Shown one piece after another: positions 31,816 through 41,588 of a stretch of DNA of 64,000 bases. The position numbers and the translations under genes were made by a program. Each line of letters opens with the position of its first letter. The stretch's first letter is position 1. Where the stretch lies: contig CBDBLX010000002.1 of assembly GCA_965207445.1 (NCBI GenBank), positions 1,047,849 through 1,111,848 of the forward strand. Direction: 5' to 3'. The stretch comes from Nitrosopumilus sp. (GTDB lineage Archaea > Thermoproteota > Nitrososphaeria > Nitrososphaerales > Nitrosopumilaceae). Below the pieces are notes generated by a model, which saw only the letters and a list, made by a program, of their open reading frames with translations, was not told where the DNA came from and made no database searches.

Positions 31816-32907
31816 ATGCCAGTTTTAATATGGCAGAGTAAAATGACAAATAAGCGCATGAGAATAACATTCATCCATCACATCAACGATAAATTTTATG
31901 GTGGGCGACACTTTGATAATACAAGTTACGAATTTTTGGTGCGGGCGCTATCGGAGCATCCGGATGTAGAATATACAAAACTTCCGATATCCGCTGAGTT
32001 TGATGCCACCTGCCTAAAGGATAAGACAGATGCAGTGATTCTGTCTGCTATACGTGACTACAACATACCAAAAATTACCGGTCTAAAATCATTGGATGTG
32101 CCAGTACTCGTAAAGATCGGAGACTTTCATGACTCAAAGAGATATGGTACGGGCGCAAAAAACTATGACGATTGGGGTGTTGATTGTCTGTTTAATTTTA
32201 TGTCTTCTCGATATTTTTATGACTGGTATCCAGATCACATGAATTACAAGACAATATTTTTTGGAGTTGAGCCGTCCTTGTACAAAGCACCAAAGTCATA
32301 TGATCAACGCATCAAAGATCAGATACTGGTTAGCGGCGCTGCGGATCATGTGGATCCACTTGCATACAGAATGCCATACCTAAAGTGGCTTCCACGTCAC
32401 ATGCGTTATTCTATAAAAGATAAACTAATGTGGTTATTACGACTGAGAGAACCTAATGTTTCCATGTATCAAAAGATCATGTACCCGATACACACAGCGT
32501 ACCATTTTTACAAATTAAGGACGGACTGTAAGTTGTTGCCATATGTTACTGATCAAACAAACCTTGCCAGTGACATGACGTACCAACAGTTGTTGTACAC
32601 CTATTGTGGAGCAATTGCGGCCACTACATTCTACCCTACTATAAAATACTGGGAGATTGCAGCTGCCGGCTGTCTTACGTTTATGGAGATTACTAAACGT
32701 AATTATGGCAACTATCTAGGATTTCGTGATGGTGTCAACTGTATAGTAATAAATGAACACAACTACCGCGAAAAGTTTGAAAAATTCCTTGATAATCCTG
32801 ATTCATATGTTGGTATTGCTGATATGGGCCGTAAATATGCCCTAGAGAACTTTAGTAATGACGTGGCAGCGGACTCTCTTGTTTCATTAATTAGTGAGTT
32901 TGCATAA
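31816..32907 (+). CDS. Glycosyltransferase (CgeB / GT family 1_2-like)
   Basis: C-terminal KYWEIAAAGCLTF...GFRDGVNCI...IADMGRKYALEN. Confidence 0.8.
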   Translation: MPVLIWQSKMTNKRMRITFIHHINDKFYGGRHFDNTSYEFLVRALSEHPDVEYTKLPISAEFDATCLKDKTDAVILSAIRDYNIPKITGLKSLDVPVLVKIGDFHDSKRYGTGAKNYDDWGVDCLFNFMSSRYFYDWYPDHMNYKTIFFGVEPSLYKAPKSYDQRIKDQILVSGAADHVDPLAYRMPYLKWLPRHMRYSIKDKLMWLLRLREPNVSMYQKIMYPIHTAYHFYKLRTDCKLLPYVTDQTNLASDMTYQQLLYTYCGAIAATTFYPTIKYWEIAAAGCLTFMEITKRNYGNYLGFRDGVNCIVINEHNYREKFEKFLDNPDSYVGIADMGRKYALENFSNDVAADSLVSLISEFA

Positions 32908-33044
32908 CTTGTTCAACTATGTGACTATATTATATGTTGGCGTTTAGACAAAAATTATTTGAGCGTACACCTGCCGCTACTATTAAAGCGATGTTACAAA
33001 TATTGATAAACCTTTTTAAGCAAAGTATATTGAAAGTTGACATA

Positions 33045-35303
33045 ATGAACCGTTTAGCAATTATTGTTATATTTATGATGGCTCCGATTCTCATCTCCGG
33101 CACGCACTTTAATTCAACTATGGATGCATTTGGTGCAAGTAAAGATGTTTGTGGATTGCAACTCTGCTCTGAGCTTGAGGATGAACAAAGCACACCTGAT
33201 ATTTCATCCCACGACAATGACTCTGTACAAAAAGACAACATTGTAGACATTGCAACAATTAGTGCATCACTTTACAAAGGGTATTATGATGATCGTTCTG
33301 TATATTATGTCATAACTGATAGTAGTGATCTTACACACGCACAGATAATTAGTGAGTCTCAAAAAACCCAAGTGAGTTTTACGCCCTCATTGAGCATGAT
33401 ATCTGATGAATCTACTCCTGCAGCATACATGTTTACAAATGGTGTACGTGGTGATGGCATACATGGATTCCAAAATGAGGTGTTTACAGTCACGCCGACT
33501 ATATCTCGTACTTTTTCTTCTCTAGTTGATGCTTTTCACGTAACGTGGAATAATGATGTATTACCAAAGATACTAACTTCTGAAAATGACATAATGATTG
33601 CAAAAGATAATGGCGATGTAACTATAACAAATATTGATGTTGTATTGAATGTACCTCAGTTTAAGATTACTCCTGTTCAATCTACAATGTTAGATAGAAT
33701 GACTGAACGCCTATTGACACTTCCTCTCCACTATGGGTATCATGACGGAAAAAAGGTATATGGTCTGGTGTTGGATTCTAGTGATGAGCAGCTTGCAAAT
33801 ATGATAACAGTTTTACAAAATTTTGAATCCAATCGTGCACCGCTACTTGCAAGTAGCATTGATTCATCCTCAAAGGTATTTGTATTTACAAATGGAATTA
33901 AAGGACCTGGACTAGAGGGATTCCAAAGACAAGTCTTTACTGCTGCTGTATCTGATGAGGGATATTTGCCACTTTTGTCACCTGTATATGTGACGTGGAA
34001 TGATGGTTCTACTCCTGAACTTTTTACTTCTGAGGATGAAATTATGATGGCCGCTGAATCCGGTGATGTTATGCTAACTGATTCAAATATTGTAATTAAC
34101 ATGCCTTTACTTGTTATTACTGATGAGCAGTCTGCCTTACTACCGGCAAATTTTGTATCGTCTGATGATGCTGTTTCACCATTTGTGATAACTGATGACA
34201 CAGAGATGATGACGGACAAACCCGGTACCTCTGATGACACAGAGATGATGACGGACAAACCCAGTACCTCTGATGACACAGAGATGATGGACACCCCCAG
34301 TACATCTGAGGACTCAGCGACACATGGTAATGATGTGCCCCCTACCCTAAAACTTGCCCGAGCAAGTGTTTCTGTGGATATTCCATTGCACAAGGGATAT
34401 TACAATGGTGGTGATGTTTATTACATCATTACGGATTCTAGTGATAAAACACATGCTGATGTAATTACTAAAAGTCAGGGTTGGCAGGTTGAGTTAGCAC
34501 CTTTCCTTAAAAATGCACCTGATAAAGCACTATCTCCAACATACATGTTTACAAATGGAATTCAAGGTGATGGTGTTCATGGATTCCAAAGCGAAGTTTT
34601 CACAAGTACTCCTGAACAATCCGATGTGTATAGCGCCCTTACTTCTCATGTCCATGTCACGTGGCACAACGATGTGACCCCTCGCATACTCGATTCACAA
34701 GATGCAATATTAGCTGCTGCAGATGCAGGCGATGTGTTACTAACTGACATTGATGTGGTGATAAATATGCCTCATATTATGTGGCCTGGTGGTCAAATGA
34801 TGATCAAAGATGACAAGAATGTACATGATGAGACGCCATATGGTGGAGGACAGATACTTGATATTGATACTGAGAAAATGACAGTAACATTTGTAGCTCA
34901 TAGAGGATGGGGACCACATGGGCAAACTGCGTACTATATAGTAACTGATGCAACTCCGAGTGGACCTGCTAATGCAATGGGTGTTGTAGCGGCCGATACT
35001 GCGGCTAGCTTGATTGTTAATTCTGCTGCTGTTGATCTGTATCAATTTACAAATGGTATTTCTGGTCCAGGACCGTTGGGATTCCAACCAGGTATTGCAA
35101 GTTCAACTTTGGGTGACGCTGGATATTCTCCAATGTGGCGTATATACTTGATCACGTGGAACAATCCTGATGATGCACGACTGTTGCAAACTGTATCTGA
35201 TATTAACTATTATATGGATCAAGATATGATAACTGTGAATCTTGCACGTCCTATGAATAGCGATCATATTGTAAATTGCCCATTTATTGATCCGTTCCAA
35301 TAG
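33045..35303 (+). CDS. Secreted thaumarchaeal protein with four repeated YYIITD...FTNG..G.G..GFQ domains
   Basis: Signal peptide MNRLAIIVIFMMAPILISG; four homologous domains; ends IVNCPFIDPFQ. Confidence 0.8.
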   Translation: MNRLAIIVIFMMAPILISGTHFNSTMDAFGASKDVCGLQLCSELEDEQSTPDISSHDNDSVQKDNIVDIATISASLYKGYYDDRSVYYVITDSSDLTHAQIISESQKTQVSFTPSLSMISDESTPAAYMFTNGVRGDGIHGFQNEVFTVTPTISRTFSSLVDAFHVTWNNDVLPKILTSENDIMIAKDNGDVTITNIDVVLNVPQFKITPVQSTMLDRMTERLLTLPLHYGYHDGKKVYGLVLDSSDEQLANMITVLQNFESNRAPLLASSIDSSSKVFVFTNGIKGPGLEGFQRQVFTAAVSDEGYLPLLSPVYVTWNDGSTPELFTSEDEIMMAAESGDVMLTDSNIVINMPLLVITDEQSALLPANFVSSDDAVSPFVITDDTEMMTDKPGTSDDTEMMTDKPSTSDDTEMMDTPSTSEDSATHGNDVPPTLKLARASVSVDIPLHKGYYNGGDVYYIITDSSDKTHADVITKSQGWQVELAPFLKNAPDKALSPTYMFTNGIQGDGVHGFQSEVFTSTPEQSDVYSALTSHVHVTWHNDVTPRILDSQDAILAAADAGDVLLTDIDVVINMPHIMWPGGQMMIKDDKNVHDETPYGGGQILDIDTEKMTVTFVAHRGWGPHGQTAYYIVTDATPSGPANAMGVVAADTAASLIVNSAAVDLYQFTNGISGPGPLGFQPGIASSTLGDAGYSPMWRIYLITWNNPDDARLLQTVSDINYYMDQDMITVNLARPMNSDHIVNCPFIDPFQ
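34191..34308. repeat. 39-bp in-frame tandem repeat (DDTEMMTDKPGTS, 3 units)
   Basis: CTGATGACACAGAGATGATG occurs three times. Confidence 0.9.
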
Positions 35304-35564
35304 TGAATTAACCAATATTTGAATATTGTATATTTTTTAAATAACTTTAAATTTTTTGATCTAATTATTTATTTATTTAGTGTATGTTATATGATATATG
35401 TACGTGCAGTTGGAATGTACATACTCAACACGAGTTCATATGATGACGAAAAAAGCAACGCAGGCTCTTGGCCATGTTATACATTGACCAAAGACATGAG
35501 TTTAGAGCACTTGCTGTAGTGTCGGGAAATAATGTCACCTCAGAGTTGTGACATGTATTTCCTA

Positions 35565-35706
35565 GTGTGAACCAAACTCTTTGGATACAATAATGAAATT
35601 ACATGTATTTTGTCACATCCCTGTCTGCATGTCAAGTATTGTACATGCGATGAATTTGGTTAGGAGTTATTTTGAATGATTATATCAGTCATGGATTGAC
35701 TCACAC
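35565..35706. mobile_element. MITE family A, copy 3 (degenerate)
   Basis: GTGTGAACCAAACTCTTTG...ATATCAGTCATGGATTGACTCACAC. Confidence 0.7.
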
Positions 35707-35741
35707 CTTTTTACTATACTTTTGATTAATGAGTGCAATGT

Positions 35742-37334
35742 TTAGAGTATGCCTGTCTTGTCTGTAATTATTTTACCTGGATTCATTATCTTTGTTGGAT
35801 CAAAGAGCTCTTTGAGCAAGATAAATTGCTTTAGATTTTTTTGACCATATTGTGCAGCAACGAATCCTGAGCGAGCCAATCCATCTCCGTGCTCACCGGT
35901 CATACTTCCGTTTAATGCAAATACGCGCTCAAAATATTCTGCTGTAATTTTTTGAAGTATTTTGTTTGTACTGTTTTTTTGACACACTAGTCTGACATGT
36001 ATGTTACCATTTCCTACATGTCCATATGTGATGGTTCGTGTACCATACTTTTGATTAATTGTCTGTAATGATGCAAATAACGCTGGCAATGACTGAGTTG
36101 GAACCGTTGCATCCTCTATTACATGCGGTACATGTTTTTCATCTGTATTATTCTTTATTGATACAAGGCTATAATGTAGTGCAGAGTCTCTGTATCTCCA
36201 CCATCTTGTTATCTCTTCATTGTCAGTTGTAGATATTAGATCTATTGCATTAATTGCTACTGATGATGCAAAATATTTTGAATCTGCTGCTGCATTGTTG
36301 GTGTTTGTGGTATGTTTGGTTGTATTATTGTTTGCATAATTTTGTGTGTTATTATCATCATCATTATCCTCGTTGTAATCGTCGAGTTTTTCATACTCTA
36401 CAAACAACAAACATACTGTCTGTTTTTTAAATTCATATTCTATATTGTCTAGTATAACCTTGTCTACAAATTCTACTGCTGTTGGTCTCACATGATCTGC
36501 TGTAATTTGTATACAATCTGAGATTGCATCTGCTATTGATGTGTATTGTAATATGTACAATTGACGTGATGTTGATCTTTTGATTGTCTTTAATTCTGCT
36601 GATGTAATGATGCCAAGCGTACCTTCTGATCCTACAAGCACCTTGTGTGTATCTTGTATGGTATTGACTGCATCTAGTCTATATCCTGATGCGTTTTTTG
36701 AAACTCTGGGAAACTTTTCAATCTCTATATGTTTTGCAATATCTAATATTTTATAGCCTGTTGTGGTATCCTCTGGTAATTTTACAATATTGCCTGTACC
36801 GTCTATCATAGTTATACTATTTACGTTGTCTATGGTGCATCCGTACTTTAAGCTCTGACTACCTGCTGCATTGTTTGCAATCATTCCCCCAATGGTGCAA
36901 AACGGACCCACTGATGGATTTGGTGCAAATATTGTGGTTGTATGTGACGACTTGTAGTGATTTTCATTGGAGTTTAATGTGTCATCTAATCTGCCTTTTG
37001 TTATACCTGCACCTACTGTGACATTATTACTGCTGATTTTAACATCACTGAGGTTTTGCATATCTAGTATGATTCCACAATTCAGAGCACCTCCGACTAG
37101 TCCGGTTCCACCGCCTCTTGGTGTAATTGGTATCTTTGTCTCTTTTGCAACCATAACTGCACTTGAGATGTCGTCTTGATCTTTTGGTATGACTATTATA
37201 TCTGGTAGTATTGTGTATGAGCTTGCATCTACTGAATAATATCTTGTATAATGCACTGCGGACTCTACAACTCCAGATATGACTGATTCCAATCTTGATC
37301 GTATGTGTGGTATGTCGTACATGTTGGACATCAT
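35742..37334 (-). CDS. FAD-binding oxidoreductase (GlcD / D-lactate dehydrogenase family)
   Basis: RGGGTGLVG, TIGGMIANNAAG, GSEGTLG, GHVGNGNIH, GEHGDG, NPGK. Confidence 0.92.
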   Translation of the reverse strand: MMSNMYDIPHIRSRLESVISGVVESAVHYTRYYSVDASSYTILPDIIVIPKDQDDISSAVMVAKETKIPITPRGGGTGLVGGALNCGIILDMQNLSDVKISSNNVTVGAGITKGRLDDTLNSNENHYKSSHTTTIFAPNPSVGPFCTIGGMIANNAAGSQSLKYGCTIDNVNSITMIDGTGNIVKLPEDTTTGYKILDIAKHIEIEKFPRVSKNASGYRLDAVNTIQDTHKVLVGSEGTLGIITSAELKTIKRSTSRQLYILQYTSIADAISDCIQITADHVRPTAVEFVDKVILDNIEYEFKKQTVCLLFVEYEKLDDYNEDNDDDNNTQNYANNNTTKHTTNTNNAAADSKYFASSVAINAIDLISTTDNEEITRWWRYRDSALHYSLVSIKNNTDEKHVPHVIEDATVPTQSLPALFASLQTINQKYGTRTITYGHVGNGNIHVRLVCQKNSTNKILQKITAEYFERVFALNGSMTGEHGDGLARSGFVAAQYGQKNLKQFILLKELFDPTKIMNPGKIITDKTGIL

Positions 37335-37366
37335 AATTACTATTACTATTATTATTACTACTACTA

Positions 37367-38686
37367 TTATATAATCATTCTATAATAGTCCCATCTTTCT
37401 GGATCAAACTGTGCGACAAATTCTAGCCCTTTTTCTTTAGCAGTTCTCTTCTCTACAACTTCACGAAGCGCAAAACTTGTAAGATACTTGTACTTTTTTG
37501 CAGTCGCTTGCATGATGAACATGTTGCGCATACTGTTTCCACCCTTTAGACCCCAGTACCCTCTCTTTAGTCCCATCGGTTCCAGAAATACCGTATTTGA
37601 TTTACCGTGATTCTTATCTTGTATTTCTTCTCGTAACTTGTAGTGCTCCAAAGGTCCACCTTTGGCATATCCAACTATCTTTCCATTTGGGCCATTGATT
37701 CGCAGTGTGGTGAGTATGGTATGTGGATCTTTTATCGATTCATTGAATGTCTCTTTTTTAAACTGAAGTGGGACTGGAAGTTCCATGAATATCTCTCGTA
37801 TATCTTTGATAAACTCTGAATTCCATCGTGTACTTGTGGTCTCAATTATAGGTATTAATTTCAGATTCTCATATGCATGCTCTGCCTGTATGGTGATCTC
37901 TTCTTGCCTTGCTTGAAAGAATGATAACACAGTGTTGTAAAAATTTCTTCTCATCTGCTTTGGTAAAATTGCTAGTATTGACATTAGAATATCTACCTCA
38001 CCATTGAGCAACTCTTCAAAATACGCAACAGATTTTTGAATAATTATAGATGGATTCCATGCAAGCGCATGTGCATTCATCTTTGCCATCTCCATGGCCT
38101 TTGTAAAGTCACCTAATGCATACCCACTCATACGATCAACGACTGAGAGGTATCTGCCAATTCTCATTATATGATGTTGAAATTCTTCATTATCTCTTGC
38201 TTTTTCTGAATTTGCAAAACATTTCTTGGCTCTCTCTTCTGCATCTTTCTTGATCTTTCCACTCCATGGATATGTGGTACGCAATATGAGAACCTTTACA
38301 ATCTCAAAGTCGATATTTGCAGTATTTATCAAATTTTGCAGCTTTTGGTCTTTTGATATGAACTCAAGTACATCTTTCTCATGAGGTTTGTCGACATTCT
38401 TGAGAGGGTCAAGGTCATGAAAGAGTGCTGCCACATATAGATACTTTGCATCTTCTTGGCTTATTGGCACCTGTTGTTGATGTAGTGCAAGTAGCGCTAT
38501 ATACGTGACTTCTAACTCGTGTCTTATGTTGTGATACCCATAGTATTTAGTACCGAGTCCTCTGACCTCAAAGAGGTTGATTGTATACTCTAGCATATCG
38601 ATATAGCACTTTTCACCAATACCTTTCTGTTTCATTACATCTATTATGGCCTCTTTTGTTGGATGCATATTTACTGTTGTTTGCAA
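37367..38686 (-). CDS. HD-domain protein with a GNAT-like C-terminus
   Basis: YHNIRH...AALFHD; IVGYAKGG...YWGLKGG. Confidence 0.75.
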   Translation of the reverse strand: MQTTVNMHPTKEAIIDVMKQKGIGEKCYIDMLEYTINLFEVRGLGTKYYGYHNIRHELEVTYIALLALHQQQVPISQEDAKYLYVAALFHDLDPLKNVDKPHEKDVLEFISKDQKLQNLINTANIDFEIVKVLILRTTYPWSGKIKKDAEERAKKCFANSEKARDNEEFQHHIMRIGRYLSVVDRMSGYALGDFTKAMEMAKMNAHALAWNPSIIIQKSVAYFEELLNGEVDILMSILAILPKQMRRNFYNTVLSFFQARQEEITIQAEHAYENLKLIPIIETTSTRWNSEFIKDIREIFMELPVPLQFKKETFNESIKDPHTILTTLRINGPNGKIVGYAKGGPLEHYKLREEIQDKNHGKSNTVFLEPMGLKRGYWGLKGGNSMRNMFIMQATAKKYKYLTSFALREVVEKRTAKEKGLEFVAQFDPERWDYYRMII

Positions 38687-38850
38687 TTTATTTGTTAATG
38701 CACTAGAGTGTTTTTAAACATCACTTTTGTGGATTTGTAATCATTATGACCTGTATGTTATGAGTGCATTGTGGTGCACATTTTTATCATTTCTAGTCTA
38801 ATTGACCGTATTACACAAGATTCAATAGCACATCTTATTGTCAACATATA

Positions 38851-39339
38851 GTGCAGAACAACCACGACATTATACAATTACTTGCAGATAATATCATACC
38901 CAATGCATCTAGGATCACCTTGAGCATGTATGATGACCATTTCTCTGATGAGTACTTGATATCAGATGTCTCTGTGTATGATCCACCGCCTCCAAGAGAT
39001 ACAGCTGCTAGAGGTTGTTCTAACCCTGCTGATAATAGTACATACTTTACAAAAAGTCCTATATGTCGTATGAAATGCAGTGTTGCTGATGCATCGATAC
39101 TTGATGCTACAACATCAAAGATGCTTGGCCCTGAAACTGACTTTTCGGGAGTATATGTCAACATTAAAACTGACACAGTTGCACTACGGTTACTGGCCAA
39201 TATTATAAACAGTGCACATATCCAACCAGAATCTATTGCACATCTTGGACTTGTGATTGTAGATGTAATTGATGCTATCACTGGTAAAAACATATCATCT
39301 GATGATTTACTCAAACTTGTGAATTCTACTACATCTTGA
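38851..39339 (+). CDS. Hypothetical protein
   Basis: 162-aa ORF with no recognised motif. Confidence 0.45.
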   Translation: MQNNHDIIQLLADNIIPNASRITLSMYDDHFSDEYLISDVSVYDPPPPRDTAARGCSNPADNSTYFTKSPICRMKCSVADASILDATTSKMLGPETDFSGVYVNIKTDTVALRLLANIINSAHIQPESIAHLGLVIVDVIDAITGKNISSDDLLKLVNSTTS

Positions 39340-39419
39340 GTTAAATGCTGTTGTTGTGCTGTGTATGTTAGTTTTAAATATATAATCATATTTTATAAAT
39401 GGTATTGTTATTTTATCGT

Positions 39420-39494
39420 TGTGTGGCTGTGTGGCTGTATGGCTGTATGGTTGTGTGACTGTGTGACTGTGTGGCTGTGTGGCTGTGTGGCTGT
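39420..39494. repeat. 8-bp microsatellite (TGTGTGGC, about 9 units)
   Basis: Seen directly, between convergent genes. Confidence 0.9.
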
Positions 39495-39497
39495 TAA

Positions 39498-40298
39498 TTA
39501 GTTGTTCATATATGCGTCATATTTTTTTCTCAACATCTCGTCTGATAAGACTTCGTATGCTTTGTTGATTTCGACCATTGCATAATCAAAGTCGTCTGCT
39601 TTGTTGTCTGCATTCTTGTGCGCCATATCATTACTATGATTTTGTTTCACACGGTCTGGATGAACTTCTTTTGCAAGACTCCTGTACGCATTTTTTATCT
39701 CTGTTTTTGTAGCATTGTGGTTGATTCCTAGCACTTTGTAATAGTTGGGTAATTGGTCACCTGTATTGTGCATGTCACCGAATAACTCTTTTGGGGGCTT
39801 TGATCTCTTACGTGTTCCAATTTCCTCGTAATCATCTGACCATTCTGAGTGGTACTTTTCATACGTTCTATCTTTTTTTGATGCATACTCCTCAGAATCA
39901 TAATCTGTCTTTTTTCGCAGTATTATGTCTCTTGCAAGAAATAAAAATATCCCAACTACTATTATTGCAAAACCTGCAAATATTGTAATCTTTTCATCAT
40001 CAGAGACCTCGAGGTTCATATCTGTACTACTAGAATCCTGTGCAAATGCAGTCTGCGATATGTGGTGATGTTGTAAAGCCGCGCTGTTGTTTTGTTTATC
40101 GTCATGTGGTAAAATCTCTGTAATTGTAGTGTGCGATAGTCCAAATGTTGCAGTTATGATAACTATTGTTGCTATTGTACTGAGAGTTCTAGTTATGCTT
40201 GTTGTAGAGTAATTCACGTAATTTGTTTTGTTATTTTTTGCGTATTTGTGTAATGTTGATGGTTTGTACTTTGTGTCACTATTACTATATGATATCAT
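39498..40298 (-). CDS. Membrane protein with a C-terminal DnaJ (J) domain
   Basis: NYYKVLG...AYRSLAKEVHPD...INKAYEVLSD; TM helix upstream. Confidence 0.88.
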   Translation of the reverse strand: MISYSNSDTKYKPSTLHKYAKNNKTNYVNYSTTSITRTLSTIATIVIITATFGLSHTTITEILPHDDKQNNSAALQHHHISQTAFAQDSSSTDMNLEVSDDEKITIFAGFAIIVVGIFLFLARDIILRKKTDYDSEEYASKKDRTYEKYHSEWSDDYEEIGTRKRSKPPKELFGDMHNTGDQLPNYYKVLGINHNATKTEIKNAYRSLAKEVHPDRVKQNHSNDMAHKNADNKADDFDYAMVEINKAYEVLSDEMLRKKYDAYMNN

Positions 40299-40778
40299 CT
40301 ACATCAACCTAAAGTCTTCTTTTGTTGTGTTGAGTACAATGTGTGTCTCTGTGTCTTCAATGTGCGGTATTGTTCCCAATCTTTTTACAAAGTCACTTAG
40401 ATTACTCCGAGACTTAAACTTTGCAATGACCATTATATCTGCCTCCCCTGTTACATCATACACTGCACAAACATTTTCATACTTTGCTATTTTTTCTTCA
40501 ATGTCTTTTATTCTATCTTTTTTTGCAACCACCTGTATGATTGCAGTCAAGTCATACCCTATCTTTTCATGATCAATGATTGCAGTATATCCTTTGATTA
40601 TCTTTGCCTTTTCAAGTCGTTTTATTCTAGCAAGTACCGTTACTGTAGACATGTCTGTTTTTAGTGATATTTGACGTGCAGAAAGTCTTGCATCCATAAT
40701 GAGGTTTCTCATCAAGATGTTGTCTTTTTCATCGTACTTTTCTATTACTACATCTTGCATATCTTTTGTCTTTGACAT
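40299..40778 (-). CDS. Lrp/AsnC transcriptional regulator
   Basis: DARLS...TVLARIKRLEKAKIIKGY, VYDVTGEAD. Confidence 0.92.
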   Translation of the reverse strand: MSKTKDMQDVVIEKYDEKDNILMRNLIMDARLSARQISLKTDMSTVTVLARIKRLEKAKIIKGYTAIIDHEKIGYDLTAIIQVVAKKDRIKDIEEKIAKYENVCAVYDVTGEADIMVIAKFKSRSNLSDFVKRLGTIPHIEDTETHIVLNTTKEDFRLM

Positions 40779-41166
40779 TATTTGCGATCTATTGATTTTA
40801 TTTATAATTGTGATTATTAAATACTCTGAATGCAAAATTGAGAAATTCTGCAAAATTATATGGCAGCTTGCATTGCTGACCGGTTCTACTCACTTTAGAT
40901 TTGATATTTATATTAATTATATACCAAACACGTAACTGAATACATGTTAATCCTCATTGTTACGATATGGGTGATGAAACAACCTCTTAATGAATGTGAG
41001 ACGCGGACCATAATAATCAGACCGTGCATTCTTGTACCTGATTGGAGAACTCTAATCTGCTGTATAGTTGGGTTTTGCGCTCTGATTGGTGTATACAGCT
41101 TTTGTTTTCATCAAATAGAACATCCAAAAGGAGGTTAAAAACAAATGGACAAATGCACAATTTCTA

Positions 41167-41397
41167 TCATGATGAATTCATATCACGTGGGTCTAATTCA
41201 AGTGATCGATCAAAGTACTTTATGGCTTCTTGATATCGTCCCAGGCTTCGAAGTGCCACACCTATGTGATTTAATACATCTGGGTCATCTTGATTTAGTT
41301 TTAGTGCCTGCTCAAAGAAAGTTAATGCATCATCAAACTTATAATCATTCATACATGTTTTACCCTTTGCAATCAATTCTTCTTTTGTCTCATTCAT
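41167..41397 (-). CDS. Small TPR protein
   Basis: A..FFEQAL...LNHIGVALRSLGRYQEAIKYFDRSLELDP. Confidence 0.85.
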   Translation of the reverse strand: MNETKEELIAKGKTCMNDYKFDDALTFFEQALKLNQDDPDVLNHIGVALRSLGRYQEAIKYFDRSLELDPRDMNSS

Positions 41398-41588
41398 GTG
41401 ATATATTTTAACGCACAGATTAAAAAATAATTCTGTTTCACTACTAGTTTGTTGCATAATTCGACAATCGCCTCTACTTGCACGTTAGGCCACCATACCA
41501 TTAGGATAGACTGTCTTATGTCCCATGTAGTTTGGTCCAAAACACCATTTGGCTTTAAACCAGACCTTGCGTGATGCCATACTAAGCA

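Noticed and set aside
34191..34308. Tandem repeats here and at 15254-15322 and 18477-18548 as CRISPR arrays
   Set aside because: They are in-frame coding tandem repeats without unique spacers.
38841..39389. 182-aa minus-strand ORF
   Set aside because: It fully overlaps the plus-strand ORF 38851-39339 and looks like its shadow, although the strand choice is not certain.
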